Shown: positions 7,295 to 15,581, numbered from the stretch's first letter. The stretch is 16,696 nt of DNA from an uncultured Chloroflexia bacterium (GCA_963746845.1 CAVVCZ010000011.1:1-16696); one strand, 5' to 3'. Notes: generated by a model from the letters alone, not told the origin. Made by a program: numbers and translations.

Positions 7295-9336
7295 GCACAC
7301 AGGTCCGCGACCCGGTTCCGGAGCTGATCGCTCGTTCGAACCGGCTCGGAGCCGACCCGCGCAACACGAACTACGCCGGCGGGAACACGTCGGCGAAGGG
7401 CACCTCGACCGACCCGGTGACGGGGGCGCCGATCGATCTCCTCTGGGTCAAGGGCTCCGGCGGGGACCTCGGCACGCTGACCGGGGCCGGGTTGTCGGTC
7501 CTCCGGCTGGACCGGCTGCGGGCGCTCGTCGACACCTATCCGGGGGTCGAGCGCGAGGACGAGATGGTCGCCGCGTTCGACTTCTGTCTCCACGGCCGGG
7601 GCGGTGCGGCGCCGTCCATCGATACCGCCATGCACGGTCTCGTCGATGCCGACCACGTCGATCATCTCCACCCGGACTCCGGCATCGCGCTGGCGACGGC
7701 CGCCGACGGGGAGGCGCTGACCCGGGCGTGTTTCGGCGATCGCGTCGCGTGGGCCCCGTGGCGCCGGCCCGGGTTCCAGCTCGGTCTCGACATCGCCGCG
7801 ATCCAGCGCGACCAGCCGGACGCGATCGGGGCGATCCTCGGGGGCCACGGCATCACCGCCTGGGGAGCGACCTCCGAGGCGTGCGAGGCCAACTCGCTCG
7901 AGATCATCCGGACCGCCGAGCGGTACATCGAGACCCATGGGAGGCCGGATCCGTTTGGACCCCTGATCCCCGACCACCAACCCCTCCCCGTCGTCGAACG
8001 CCGGGCCCGGGCGGCCGACCTCCTCCCGGTCGTCCGTGGCCTGGCGTCGACCGACCAGCCCCAGGTCGGTCACTACACGGACGCGGACGTCGTGCTCGAC
8101 TTCCTGGCCCGCGAGGCGCATCCACGGCTGGCGGCCCTGGGCACGTCGTGCCCGGACCACTTCCTGCGCACCAAGGTCCGGCCGCTGGTCCTCGACCTGC
8201 CGCCGACCGCACCGCTCGAGGACGCCGTCGCCCGGCTCAGGGAGTTGCACGCCGCCTACCGAGCGGACTATGCGGCCTACTACGAGCGCCACGCCACCGC
8301 GGACAGCCCACGAATGCGCGGCGCCGACCCGGCGATCGTGCTCGTCCCCGGTGTCGGGATGTTCTCGTTCGGCAAGGACAAGCAGACCGCCCGGGTTGCC
8401 GGCGAGTTCTACGTCAACGCGATCAACGTGATGCACGGCGCCGAGGCCCTGTCACGCTACACGCCGATCCCGGACTCGGAGAAGTTCCGGATCGAGTACT
8501 GGGCGCTCGAGGAGGCCAAGCTCGCCCGGATACCCAGGCCGCGGCCGCTGGCGACAAAGGTCGCGTTCGTCACCGGCGCGGGCTCGGGGATCGGCAAGGC
8601 GATCGCCCACCGGCTCGCCGCCGAGGGGGCGTGCGTCGTCGTCGCCGACATCGACAGGTCGAGCGCCGAGGCCGTCGCCGAGGAGCTCGGCGGACCGGAC
8701 GTCGCCGTCAGCGTCGTCGCCGACGTGACCGACGAGGCGCAGATCCTCGCCGCCTTCCAGCGGGCGACGCTGGCCTTCGGCGGCATCGACATCGTCGTGA
8801 ACAACGCGGGCCTGTCGATCTCGAAGCCGCTCCTCGAGACGACCGCCGGGGACTGGGACGTCCAGCACGACGTGATGGCGCGCGGGTCCTTCCTCGTGTC
8901 GCGGGAGGCCGCGCGGATCCTCATCGAGCAGGGTACCGGCGGCGACCTCGTCTACATCGTGAGCAAGAACGCCTTGTTCGCCGGCCCGAACAACGTGGCC
9001 TACGGTTCGGCCAAGGCCGACCAGGCCCACCAGGTGCGGCTGCTCGCCGCCGAGCTCGGCCAGTTCGGGATCCGGGTGAACGGGGTGAACCCGGACGGGG
9101 TCGTCCGCGGCTCGGGGATCTTCGCCAAGGGCTGGGGCGCGGACCGGGCCCGGACCTACGGCATCCCGGAGGACAAGCTCGGCGAGTTCTACGCCCAGCG
9201 GACTCTCCTGAAGCGCGAGGTCCTGCCGGAGCACGTGGCCGCCGCGGTGTTCGCGCTGACCGGCGGGGACCTGAGCCAGACGACCGGCCTCCACATCCCG
9301 GTCGACGCGGGAGTCGCGGCCGCGTTCCTGCGGTGA
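7291..9336 (+). CDS. rhaEW: Bifunctional rhamnulose-1-phosphate aldolase / short-chain (lactaldehyde) dehydrogenase
   Basis: Start ATG 7291 (ATGA overlap with the rhaI stop). N-terminal class II aldolase domain (GGNTSAK, VKGSGGDL, PSIDT, DHLHPD, GHG, CPDHFLRTK, EYWALEEAKL) and C-terminal SDR (TGAGSGIG, NNAG, YGSAK). Often annotated rhaD. Confidence 0.93.
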   Translation: MSTQVRDPVPELIARSNRLGADPRNTNYAGGNTSAKGTSTDPVTGAPIDLLWVKGSGGDLGTLTGAGLSVLRLDRLRALVDTYPGVEREDEMVAAFDFCLHGRGGAAPSIDTAMHGLVDADHVDHLHPDSGIALATAADGEALTRACFGDRVAWAPWRRPGFQLGLDIAAIQRDQPDAIGAILGGHGITAWGATSEACEANSLEIIRTAERYIETHGRPDPFGPLIPDHQPLPVVERRARAADLLPVVRGLASTDQPQVGHYTDADVVLDFLAREAHPRLAALGTSCPDHFLRTKVRPLVLDLPPTAPLEDAVARLRELHAAYRADYAAYYERHATADSPRMRGADPAIVLVPGVGMFSFGKDKQTARVAGEFYVNAINVMHGAEALSRYTPIPDSEKFRIEYWALEEAKLARIPRPRPLATKVAFVTGAGSGIGKAIAHRLAAEGACVVVADIDRSSAEAVAEELGGPDVAVSVVADVTDEAQILAAFQRATLAFGGIDIVVNNAGLSISKPLLETTAGDWDVQHDVMARGSFLVSREAARILIEQGTGGDLVYIVSKNALFAGPNNVAYGSAKADQAHQVRLLAAELGQFGIRVNGVNPDGVVRGSGIFAKGWGADRARTYGIPEDKLGEFYAQRTLLKREVLPEHVAAAVFALTGGDLSQTTGLHIPVDAGVAAAFLR

Positions 9337-10814
9337 GCGTCGGGCGCGCGGCCGGGGCCGTCGTCGCCGTCGATCTCGGCGCGTCGTCGGGTCGGGTCGT
9401 CCTCGGCCGGGTCGGACCGGGCGTGCTCGAGCTGAGTGAGGTCCATCGCTTCCCGAACGAGCCCGTCGAGCGGCCCGACGGGCTCCACTGGGACGCCGCC
9501 GCCCTGCGACACGAGACGATCGAGGGTCTCCGGCGGGCGGCGCGCGCTGCCGGCGACATCGTCTCGGTCGGCATCGACACCTGGGGCGTGGACTACGGCC
9601 TCGTCGACGAGGCCGGCGAGCTCCTGGACGATCCGTTCCACTACCGCGACGGGCGGACCGCCCGCGGGATGGAGATCGTTCACGCCGCGATCGGGCGAGA
9701 GGCGCTCTACGCGCGGACCGGGCTCCAGGTCATGCCCTTCAACACGCTCTACCAGCTCGCCGCGACGACCCGGGAGATGCTGGAGCGGGCGTCCACGATG
9801 CTCCTGATCCCCGACCTGGTCGGCGCGTGGCTGAGCGGCATCCGCGTCGCCGAGGCGACGAACGCGTCGACGACCGGCCTCTTCGACCTGGCCAGCGGCG
9901 CCTGGATGACCGGCCTCGCCGAGGAGCTCGGCCTGCCCAGCCGCCTGCTCGCGCCGATCCGACATGCCGGAGAGCCGCTCGGGCCGCTGCTCGAGTCCGT
10001 CCGAGAGGCGACCGGGCTCCCGCTGGATGCCGAGGTCACCCTCGTCGGATCGCACGACACCGCCTCCGCCGTCGTCGCGGTCCCCGCCCGAGACGACGAG
10101 GCAGCCTGGATCTCGTGCGGGACGTGGGGCCTCGTCGGCGTCGAGATCGACGCGCCGGTCCGGACAGAGGCGAGTCGCCTCGCGAACTTCACGAACGAGG
10201 GCGGCGTGGACGGACGGGTCCGGTTCCTCCACAACGTCACCGGCCTCTGGCTCCTGCAGGAATCGATCCGGACCTGGGAGCACGCCGGCATCCCGGTCGA
10301 TCTGGGGGAGCTGATCGCGGGCGCCGGCGCGCTGCCGCCGCGCGGTCCGCGAATCGATCCCGACGATCCGGCGTTCTTTCCGCCGGGCGACATGCCGGCT
10401 CGCATCTCGGCGGCAGTCTCCCGGAGAGATGGCGCCGCAGTGGCCAGCCGGCTGGACGGACGCGAGCCGGCTGGACGCACGGCGCTCGTTCGATGCATCC
10501 TTGACAGCCTGGCCGCCGCGTTCGCCGACAGCGTGGCGGAAGCCTCACGGCTTTCCGGCCGGCGCGTCCGGGTCGTCCACGTCGTCGGCGGTGGGAGCCA
10601 GAACGCCTTGCTCTGCCAGCTGACCGCCGACGCGTCCGGGCTGCCGGTCGTCGCCGGGCCGGTGGAGGCGACGTCGATCGGCAACCTCCTCGTCCAGGCC
10701 CGAGCTCACGGCCTGATCGAGGGCGACCTGTCCGCCCTGCGGGCGGTCGTGCGCTCCACCCAGCCGCTGCGCCAGTTCGCGCCGCGGCGCCGCTCCTTCG
10801 CACCGGTAGGCTAG
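9333..10814 (+). CDS. rhaB: Rhamnulokinase (FGGY carbohydrate kinase family)
   Basis: The real gene is the C-terminal ~493 aa of the 1192-aa ORF, starting at GTG 9333 (GTGA overlap). Motifs AVDLGASSGRV, GIDTWGVDYGL, YRDGRT, NTLYQL, SHDTASAV, SCGTW, FTNEGG, GLWLLQE, VGGGSQN and GPVEAT. Confidence 0.93.
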   Translation: MSVGRAAGAVVAVDLGASSGRVVLGRVGPGVLELSEVHRFPNEPVERPDGLHWDAAALRHETIEGLRRAARAAGDIVSVGIDTWGVDYGLVDEAGELLDDPFHYRDGRTARGMEIVHAAIGREALYARTGLQVMPFNTLYQLAATTREMLERASTMLLIPDLVGAWLSGIRVAEATNASTTGLFDLASGAWMTGLAEELGLPSRLLAPIRHAGEPLGPLLESVREATGLPLDAEVTLVGSHDTASAVVAVPARDDEAAWISCGTWGLVGVEIDAPVRTEASRLANFTNEGGVDGRVRFLHNVTGLWLLQESIRTWEHAGIPVDLGELIAGAGALPPRGPRIDPDDPAFFPPGDMPARISAAVSRRDGAAVASRLDGREPAGRTALVRCILDSLAAAFADSVAEASRLSGRRVRVVHVVGGGSQNALLCQLTADASGLPVVAGPVEATSIGNLLVQARAHGLIEGDLSALRAVVRSTQPLRQFAPRRRSFAPVG

Positions 10815-10818
10815 CGAC

Positions 10819-12036
10819 ATGCCCCGCCGTCGCGTCCCGCGCCCGTCCGAGCTGCGTCCTTATCTGCGGACGGGTCCGGTCCGCCTGTGGCCGATCGAGC
10901 GGCGGCTGGCCGCGGCGGCGACCATCTGGGACCTGCGCTCGGTCGCCCGCAGGCACGTCCCTCGGGCCGTCTTCGACTACACCGACGGCGCGGCCGAGAC
11001 CGAAACGAGCCTGCAGCGGTCCCGCGACGCGTTCAAGCGTGTCGAGTTCGTCCCCCGCGTCCTCCGCGACGTGTCCTCCATCGACCTCTCGACGACCATC
11101 CTCGGGCGCCCGTCGGCGATGCCCCTCGTCTTCGCACCCACCGGCTTCACCCGGCTGATGCACGCGGGGGGCGAACCGTCGGTGGGACGCGTCGCCGCCC
11201 GGATGGGCATCCCGTACGCCCTCTCCACGCTCGGGACGACCTCACCCGAGGCCCTGTCCGCGGCCGTGCCCGACGCCGACCTGTGGTTCCAGCTCTACAT
11301 CTGGAACGACCGGGACGCGGTTCTCGAGCTCGTGCGTCGGGCGCGGGTGGCGGGCTTCCGGGTGCTGGTCCTGACCGTCGACACGCCGGTCGCGGGCGCG
11401 CGCCTGCGGGACGTCCACAACGGGTTCACGATCCCACCGACGCTCTCGGTTCGGACGCTGATCGACATCGGGCTGCACCCGGGCTGGTGGTTCGACAAGC
11501 TGACCACCGAGCCGCTCCGGTTCGCCGTGTTCACCGAGACCGGCGGCACCGTCGCCGACCTGATCAACCGGGTGTTCGACCCCACGATCACGATCGCCGA
11601 CCTCGCCTGGATGCGGGAGGCGTGGGACGGGCCGATCGTGATCAAGGGGATCCAGACCCCGGAGGACGCCTGCGCGGTCGTCGATGCCGGCGCGGACGGG
11701 ATCGTGATCTCGAACCACGGCGGCCGCCAGCTCGACCGGGCGTCGACGCCGCTCGAGCAGCTCGCGCCCATTCGTGCCGCCATCGGCCGACGCGCGGAGG
11801 TGTACCTCGACGGCGGGGTCCTCTCCGGGTCCGACATGATCGCGGCGGTGGCGCTCGGCGCCGATGCGGTGCTGGTGGGCCGCGCCTACCTGTACGGGCT
11901 CATGGCCGGTGGTGAGAGGGGCGTCGCTCGAGCTGGGGAGCTTCTCGGCAAGGAGGCGGTCCGGACGATGCAGCTCCTCGGTGTGTCCCGCGTGGCCGAC
12001 CTGGATGGTTCGAGCGCCCGGCTGCGCGACCGCTGA
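10819..12036 (+). CDS. lldD: FMN-dependent alpha-hydroxy acid dehydrogenase, probable quinone-dependent L-lactate dehydrogenase
   Basis: FDYTDGAA, APTG, WFQLY, LTVDTPVAGARLRD, IKGI, SNHGGRQLD, DGGV and GRAYLYGL motifs. The N-terminus (RRVPR..L...RRLAAAATIWDLR) resembles actinobacterial LldD/LldD2 as I recall them. Starts 4 bp after the rhaB stop. Confidence 0.85.
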   Translation: MPRRRVPRPSELRPYLRTGPVRLWPIERRLAAAATIWDLRSVARRHVPRAVFDYTDGAAETETSLQRSRDAFKRVEFVPRVLRDVSSIDLSTTILGRPSAMPLVFAPTGFTRLMHAGGEPSVGRVAARMGIPYALSTLGTTSPEALSAAVPDADLWFQLYIWNDRDAVLELVRRARVAGFRVLVLTVDTPVAGARLRDVHNGFTIPPTLSVRTLIDIGLHPGWWFDKLTTEPLRFAVFTETGGTVADLINRVFDPTITIADLAWMREAWDGPIVIKGIQTPEDACAVVDAGADGIVISNHGGRQLDRASTPLEQLAPIRAAIGRRAEVYLDGGVLSGSDMIAAVALGADAVLVGRAYLYGLMAGGERGVARAGELLGKEAVRTMQLLGVSRVADLDGSSARLRDR

Positions 12037-12048
12037 CGGGCTCGCGCG

Positions 12049-13086
12049 CTACGCCGCGCCGGCCTCCAGGTCGAGCAACAGGGCCGCGATCTCGCGGGCG
12101 TTCGTCGTTCCGTAGTTCGCGTAACAGTTGTTGAAGAGCGCGTGCGTCTCCCTGGTCTGGGATGCGACCTCGCGGATCCGCGGCACCCACTCGGCCAGCT
12201 CGTCCCGCGAATACAGGTACTGGAACCGCTCGGCCGGCGTGATCCCCTTCGCCTCCCAGGTCGCGGCATTCCGCCCGTGGAACCGCACGATCGCGAGGTC
12301 CGGTGACGTGACCGCGACCTCCGGCGGGACGCTGCTCTTGAAGCCCTGCGGCTCGTCGACCATCACGAACGGGATCGACCGCTCCGAGAGGAACGCCAGC
12401 GTCCGGTCACGGTTCTTCTCGTTCAGCCACGACCCGTTGCGGAACTCGACCGCGACCTTCCAGCCGTCCAGCCGTTCGACCGCATCGTCGATCAGCGCCC
12501 GGCTCTCGTTCGATGGGAACACCCACTTCGGGTACTGGAGCAGGATCGAGCCCAGCTGGCCGCGCTCCTCGAGCGGCGCCAGGGCAGATCGGAACGTCCG
12601 CCAGACCTCCGCGTTGAGCTCGTCCGGGAAGTCCTTGAGGTAGATCCGGCTCTTCGCCTGAAGCTCGTCGGGCAGCGCCTCGCGGATCGACTTCGGCAGC
12701 CGCTTCGTCTCGGTCCCCTGCCCCGTCATCAACGCGTGGGCCTTGATGTCGAACGTGAAGTCCGGCGGGGTCCGCTCCGCCCACAGCTGGGCGGTCCGCT
12801 CCGCGGGAAGCGCGTAGTAGGTCGCGTCGACCTCGACGACCGGGAACGTGGCGGCGTAGTACTGGAGGCGTTCCTCGGCACGATCCGCGCCGATCGGGTA
12901 GAACACGCCAGACGCCGTCATCGTCGGGTCCGTCCAGGACGCCGTGCCGACGAGGACGCGGCCGCCGCCGGTCTCGATCGGCTCCGAGGCGGCCGTCTCC
13001 AGCTCGGCGACGCGGCGGGAGGCCGCGTCACTGCCGGGATCGTGGTCCGTGGAGTCCGGGGCGACGCTCCGGGTCGAGGTGGGCAT
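12049..13086 (-). CDS. DUF72 (YecE/YunF-like) family protein, function unknown
   Basis: VGTASW, LQYYA..FPVVEVDATYY, W.ERTPPDFTFDIKA, LG.ILLQYP, AVEFRNGSW, VDEP, VRFHGRN, YLYS..EL.EW and FNN motifs. ATG 13086 is preferred as start; TTG 13128 is the ORF-track start. Confidence 0.88.
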   Translation of the reverse strand: MPTSTRSVAPDSTDHDPGSDAASRRVAELETAASEPIETGGGRVLVGTASWTDPTMTASGVFYPIGADRAEERLQYYAATFPVVEVDATYYALPAERTAQLWAERTPPDFTFDIKAHALMTGQGTETKRLPKSIREALPDELQAKSRIYLKDFPDELNAEVWRTFRSALAPLEERGQLGSILLQYPKWVFPSNESRALIDDAVERLDGWKVAVEFRNGSWLNEKNRDRTLAFLSERSIPFVMVDEPQGFKSSVPPEVAVTSPDLAIVRFHGRNAATWEAKGITPAERFQYLYSRDELAEWVPRIREVASQTRETHALFNNCYANYGTTNAREIAALLLDLEAGAA

Positions 13087-13092
13087 GCCGAA

Positions 13093-13098
13093 ATCGTA
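13093..13098 (-). promoter_or_regulatory. Candidate -10 element for leaderless DUF72 transcript
   Basis: TACGAT (13098-13093) lies 6 nt before ATG 13086, with no SD sequence. Confidence 0.5.
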
Positions 13099-13198
13099 CG
13101 TGACGATGGCGTCGGAAGGGGTCAACAATCGGGCGAACGAGCTCGTGGAATGGTTGCGCGGTCCGAAACGCCGCCCGTTCCGTTCCCGAACGCTCGCC

Positions 13199-13204
13199 TA
13201 GGCT
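13199..13204 (+). promoter_or_regulatory. Candidate -10 element for leaderless or very short-leader potA transcript
   Basis: TAGGCT (13199-13204) lies 8 nt before ATG 13213, with no SD sequence and no clear -35. Confidence 0.4.
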
Positions 13205-13212
13205 CGCCCGCG

Positions 13213-14334
13213 ATGATCGACCCTTCCGCTGGGACGCCGGAGATCCGCCTGACGGATCTGAGCAAGCACTTCCGGGACGTCCGCGCGGTGGACCGCGTGT
13301 CGCTCGACATCCGGACGGGTGAGTTCTTCTCCATGCTCGGCCCGAGCGGCTGCGGCAAAACGACCACGCTCCGGATGATCGGCGGGTTCGAGCTCCCCAC
13401 GGCCGGCCGGATCGAGCTCCGCGGACGGGATGTCACGATGGCCCCGCCGGACAAGCGGCCGGTCAACATGGTCTTCCAGAACTACGCCCTGTTCCCCCAC
13501 CTCGATGTCGCGGGGAACATCGCGTTCGGGCTCCAGCGCAAGAACGTCGACAAGGGGCAGATCAAGCGGCGGGTCTCCGAGGCGCTCGACCTGGTCCATC
13601 TCGCCGGCTACGACAAGCGCAAGCCGAACCAGCTGTCCGGCGGTCAGCAGCAGCGGGTCGCGCTCGCGCGGGCCCTCGTGAACCGGCCGGACGTGCTCCT
13701 CCTCGACGAGCCGCTCGGGGCGCTCGACCTGAAGCTCCGCAAGGCGCTCCAGATCGAGCTGAAGCGCGTCCAGTCGGAAGTGGGGATCACCTTCGTCTAC
13801 GTCACCCACGACCAGGAGGAGGCGCTCACGATGAGCGACCGGATCGCCGTGATGCACGGCGGCAAGGTCGAGCAGCTGGGCACCCCCGAGGAGCTCTACG
13901 AGCGGCCGCGGACGCGGTTCGTCGCGGACTTCATCGGGACCTCGAACCTGTTGACGGGCGTCGTCGAGGAGGTCGAAGCCGACGCGGCCGTGGTCCGGCT
14001 CGACACGGGCGAGCGGTGCCGGATCGGCGCGACCGACCGGACGACGGGCCAGGCCCTCAACCTGAGCCTCCGGCCCGAGGCCATCCGGATCGAGCGTCGC
14101 AATGGCGAGGTCCGCGACCCCGTCGGCTGGCTCGCCGCGACCGTCGAGCAGGTCGCATATCTCGGGAACTCGGTCCAGTACCGCGTCCGCACCCCCGGCG
14201 GTCTCGGGATCCTGGTGCTGTCAGACAAGCGCAAGACGCGGTTCGATCGAGGGGACGACGTCGAGCTCGCATGGGCACCCTCGGAAGCGCTCGTCCTGGA
14301 CGAGGCCGTCGAGAGCAAGGAGGAGCAGCGATGA
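13213..14334 (+). CDS. potA: Spermidine/putrescine-family ABC transporter ATP-binding protein
   Basis: Start revised to ATG 13213. Walker A GPSGCGKTT, RPVNMVFQNYALFPHL, LSGGQQQRVALARAL, LLLDEPLGALDLKLR, VTHDQEEAL, FVADFIG and a C-terminal TOBE-like region. Confidence 0.9.
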   Translation: MIDPSAGTPEIRLTDLSKHFRDVRAVDRVSLDIRTGEFFSMLGPSGCGKTTTLRMIGGFELPTAGRIELRGRDVTMAPPDKRPVNMVFQNYALFPHLDVAGNIAFGLQRKNVDKGQIKRRVSEALDLVHLAGYDKRKPNQLSGGQQQRVALARALVNRPDVLLLDEPLGALDLKLRKALQIELKRVQSEVGITFVYVTHDQEEALTMSDRIAVMHGGKVEQLGTPEELYERPRTRFVADFIGTSNLLTGVVEEVEADAAVVRLDTGERCRIGATDRTTGQALNLSLRPEAIRIERRNGEVRDPVGWLAATVEQVAYLGNSVQYRVRTPGGLGILVLSDKRKTRFDRGDDVELAWAPSEALVLDEAVESKEEQR

Positions 14335-15581
14335 CCCGGCGACCCGCCGAGCCTACCCACGACATCATCGAACGGGAGATCGATCGATATCTCATCGAGC
14401 GCCGGATGAGCCGGCGCCAGCTCCTGGAGGCCGTGACCGCGCTGGGCGCGGCCGTGGCGCTCGCGCCCGTCGTTGCGGCGTGCCAGGCCGCGGGCCTGAC
14501 GCCGGCACCGTCGACGGCGGCCAGCGCCGCGCCACCGAGCTCCGGTTCGTCGGCGGCCGCCTCGGATGCCGCGGCCGCCAGCCCGTCGGTCGAGCCGACC
14601 CCGGTCCCGAGCCCGGAGAGCGAGCTCTACATCTACAACTGGGACGCGTACATCGGCGAGGACACGGTTCCGAAGTTCGAGGAGAAGTACGGCATCCGGG
14701 TCAAGTACGAGAAGTTCACCGACGCCGACACCCAGATCACCAAGCTCCGGAGCGACGGCAAGGGCGGTGGCTACGACGTCAGCTACCCGGCGTCGACCGA
14801 CGTCGGGCCGCTGGCTGCCGATGGTGTGCTCCTCAAGCTCGACAAGAGCCTGATCCCGAACATCGCGAACCTCCGCCCGGAGTGGCAGAACCCCGGCTAC
14901 GACCCGAACAACACGTACTCCGTCCCGAACTACTGGTGGACGACCGGCTACGTGTGGGACCCGGCCAAGGTCCCCGGCGACCAGACGACGTGGGACGCCC
15001 TGTTCGATCCGGCGTCGACGGGCCACATCGGCATGCTCGACGACCAGCGCGAGACGTTCGCGGTCGCGGCCTTCAAGCTCGGCCTGGACCCGAACACCAC
15101 CGACGAGGCCCAGCTCGACCAGATGCTCGCGCTCCTCGAGCAGCAGAAGCCGTTGCTCCGCAAGTACACGTCCGATGACATCGGCGACATGACGAGCGGC
15201 AACCTGTGGATCTGTCACGCCTGGTCCGGTGACTGGTTCCAGATGATCGCGGACAAGCCGAAGCTCAACTACGTCGTCCCCGGCAACGGCAGCATCCGCG
15301 GCAATGACGTGTTGGTGGTCACGTCCGGCGCGCCGCACCCGATCGCCGCCCACCTCTGGATCGACTTCAACCTCGACGCTCAGATCAGCGCCGGAAACAC
15401 CAACTACATCGGCTACATGGGTCCGAACGCCGCGGCCGACCAGTACATCGACGACACGATCAAGGGCGATCCGCGGCTCAACCCGCCGGCCGACGTCCTC
15501 GCGAAGCTCGTCGAGCTGGCCTTCCTGGCGCCGGCCGATCTCGACAAGTACACCCAGCGCTGGAACGCCCTGCGCGCGTGA
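14331..15581 (+). CDS. potD: PotD/PotF-family substrate-binding protein, predicted Tat-exported lipoprotein
   Basis: ATG 14331 follows SD AAGGAGGAG and overlaps the potA stop (ATGA). Twin-arginine motif SRRQLL, lipobox VAAC (Cys codon 14481), linker, then LYIYNWDAYI, YDVSYP, IPNIANL, DPNNTYSVPN, MLDDQRE, AWSGD and IGYMGPN. The substrate is not certain. Confidence 0.82.
   Translation: MTRRPAEPTHDIIEREIDRYLIERRMSRRQLLEAVTALGAAVALAPVVAACQAAGLTPAPSTAASAAPPSSGSSAAASDAAAASPSVEPTPVPSPESELYIYNWDAYIGEDTVPKFEEKYGIRVKYEKFTDADTQITKLRSDGKGGGYDVSYPASTDVGPLAADGVLLKLDKSLIPNIANLRPEWQNPGYDPNNTYSVPNYWWTTGYVWDPAKVPGDQTTWDALFDPASTGHIGMLDDQRETFAVAAFKLGLDPNTTDEAQLDQMLALLEQQKPLLRKYTSDDIGDMTSGNLWICHAWSGDWFQMIADKPKLNYVVPGNGSIRGNDVLVVTSGAPHPIAAHLWIDFNLDAQISAGNTNYIGYMGPNAAADQYIDDTIKGDPRLNPPADVLAKLVELAFLAPADLDKYTQRWNALRA

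Noticed and set aside
7236-10814. 1192-aa ORF suggesting a giant kinase fusion or programmed frameshift
   Set aside because: The first 699 codons are an Arg/Gly/Pro-rich shadow frame of rhaEW, where stops are rare because third positions are mostly G/C. Kinase similarity starts only at GTG 9333, a standard GTGA overlap.
12023-12048. Possible bidirectional terminator between lldD and DUF72 (GCGCGA-CCG / CGG-TCGCGC)
   Set aside because: The stem is short and bulged with no U-tract on either side, and could easily arise by chance at this GC content.
13093-13125. TTGACC (13125-13120) as the -35 partner of TACGAT for DUF72
   Set aside because: The spacer is 21 nt, too long for sigma70 and longer than typical MerR-type spacers, with no clear dyad inside.
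12736-13212. N-terminal extension of potA (similarly the track's extended starts for rhaS, rhaQ, rhaT, rhaEW and potD)
   Set aside because: The extensions overlap neighbouring genes and lack family similarity. Shorter starts are supported by SD sites, stop/start overlaps or -10 geometry.
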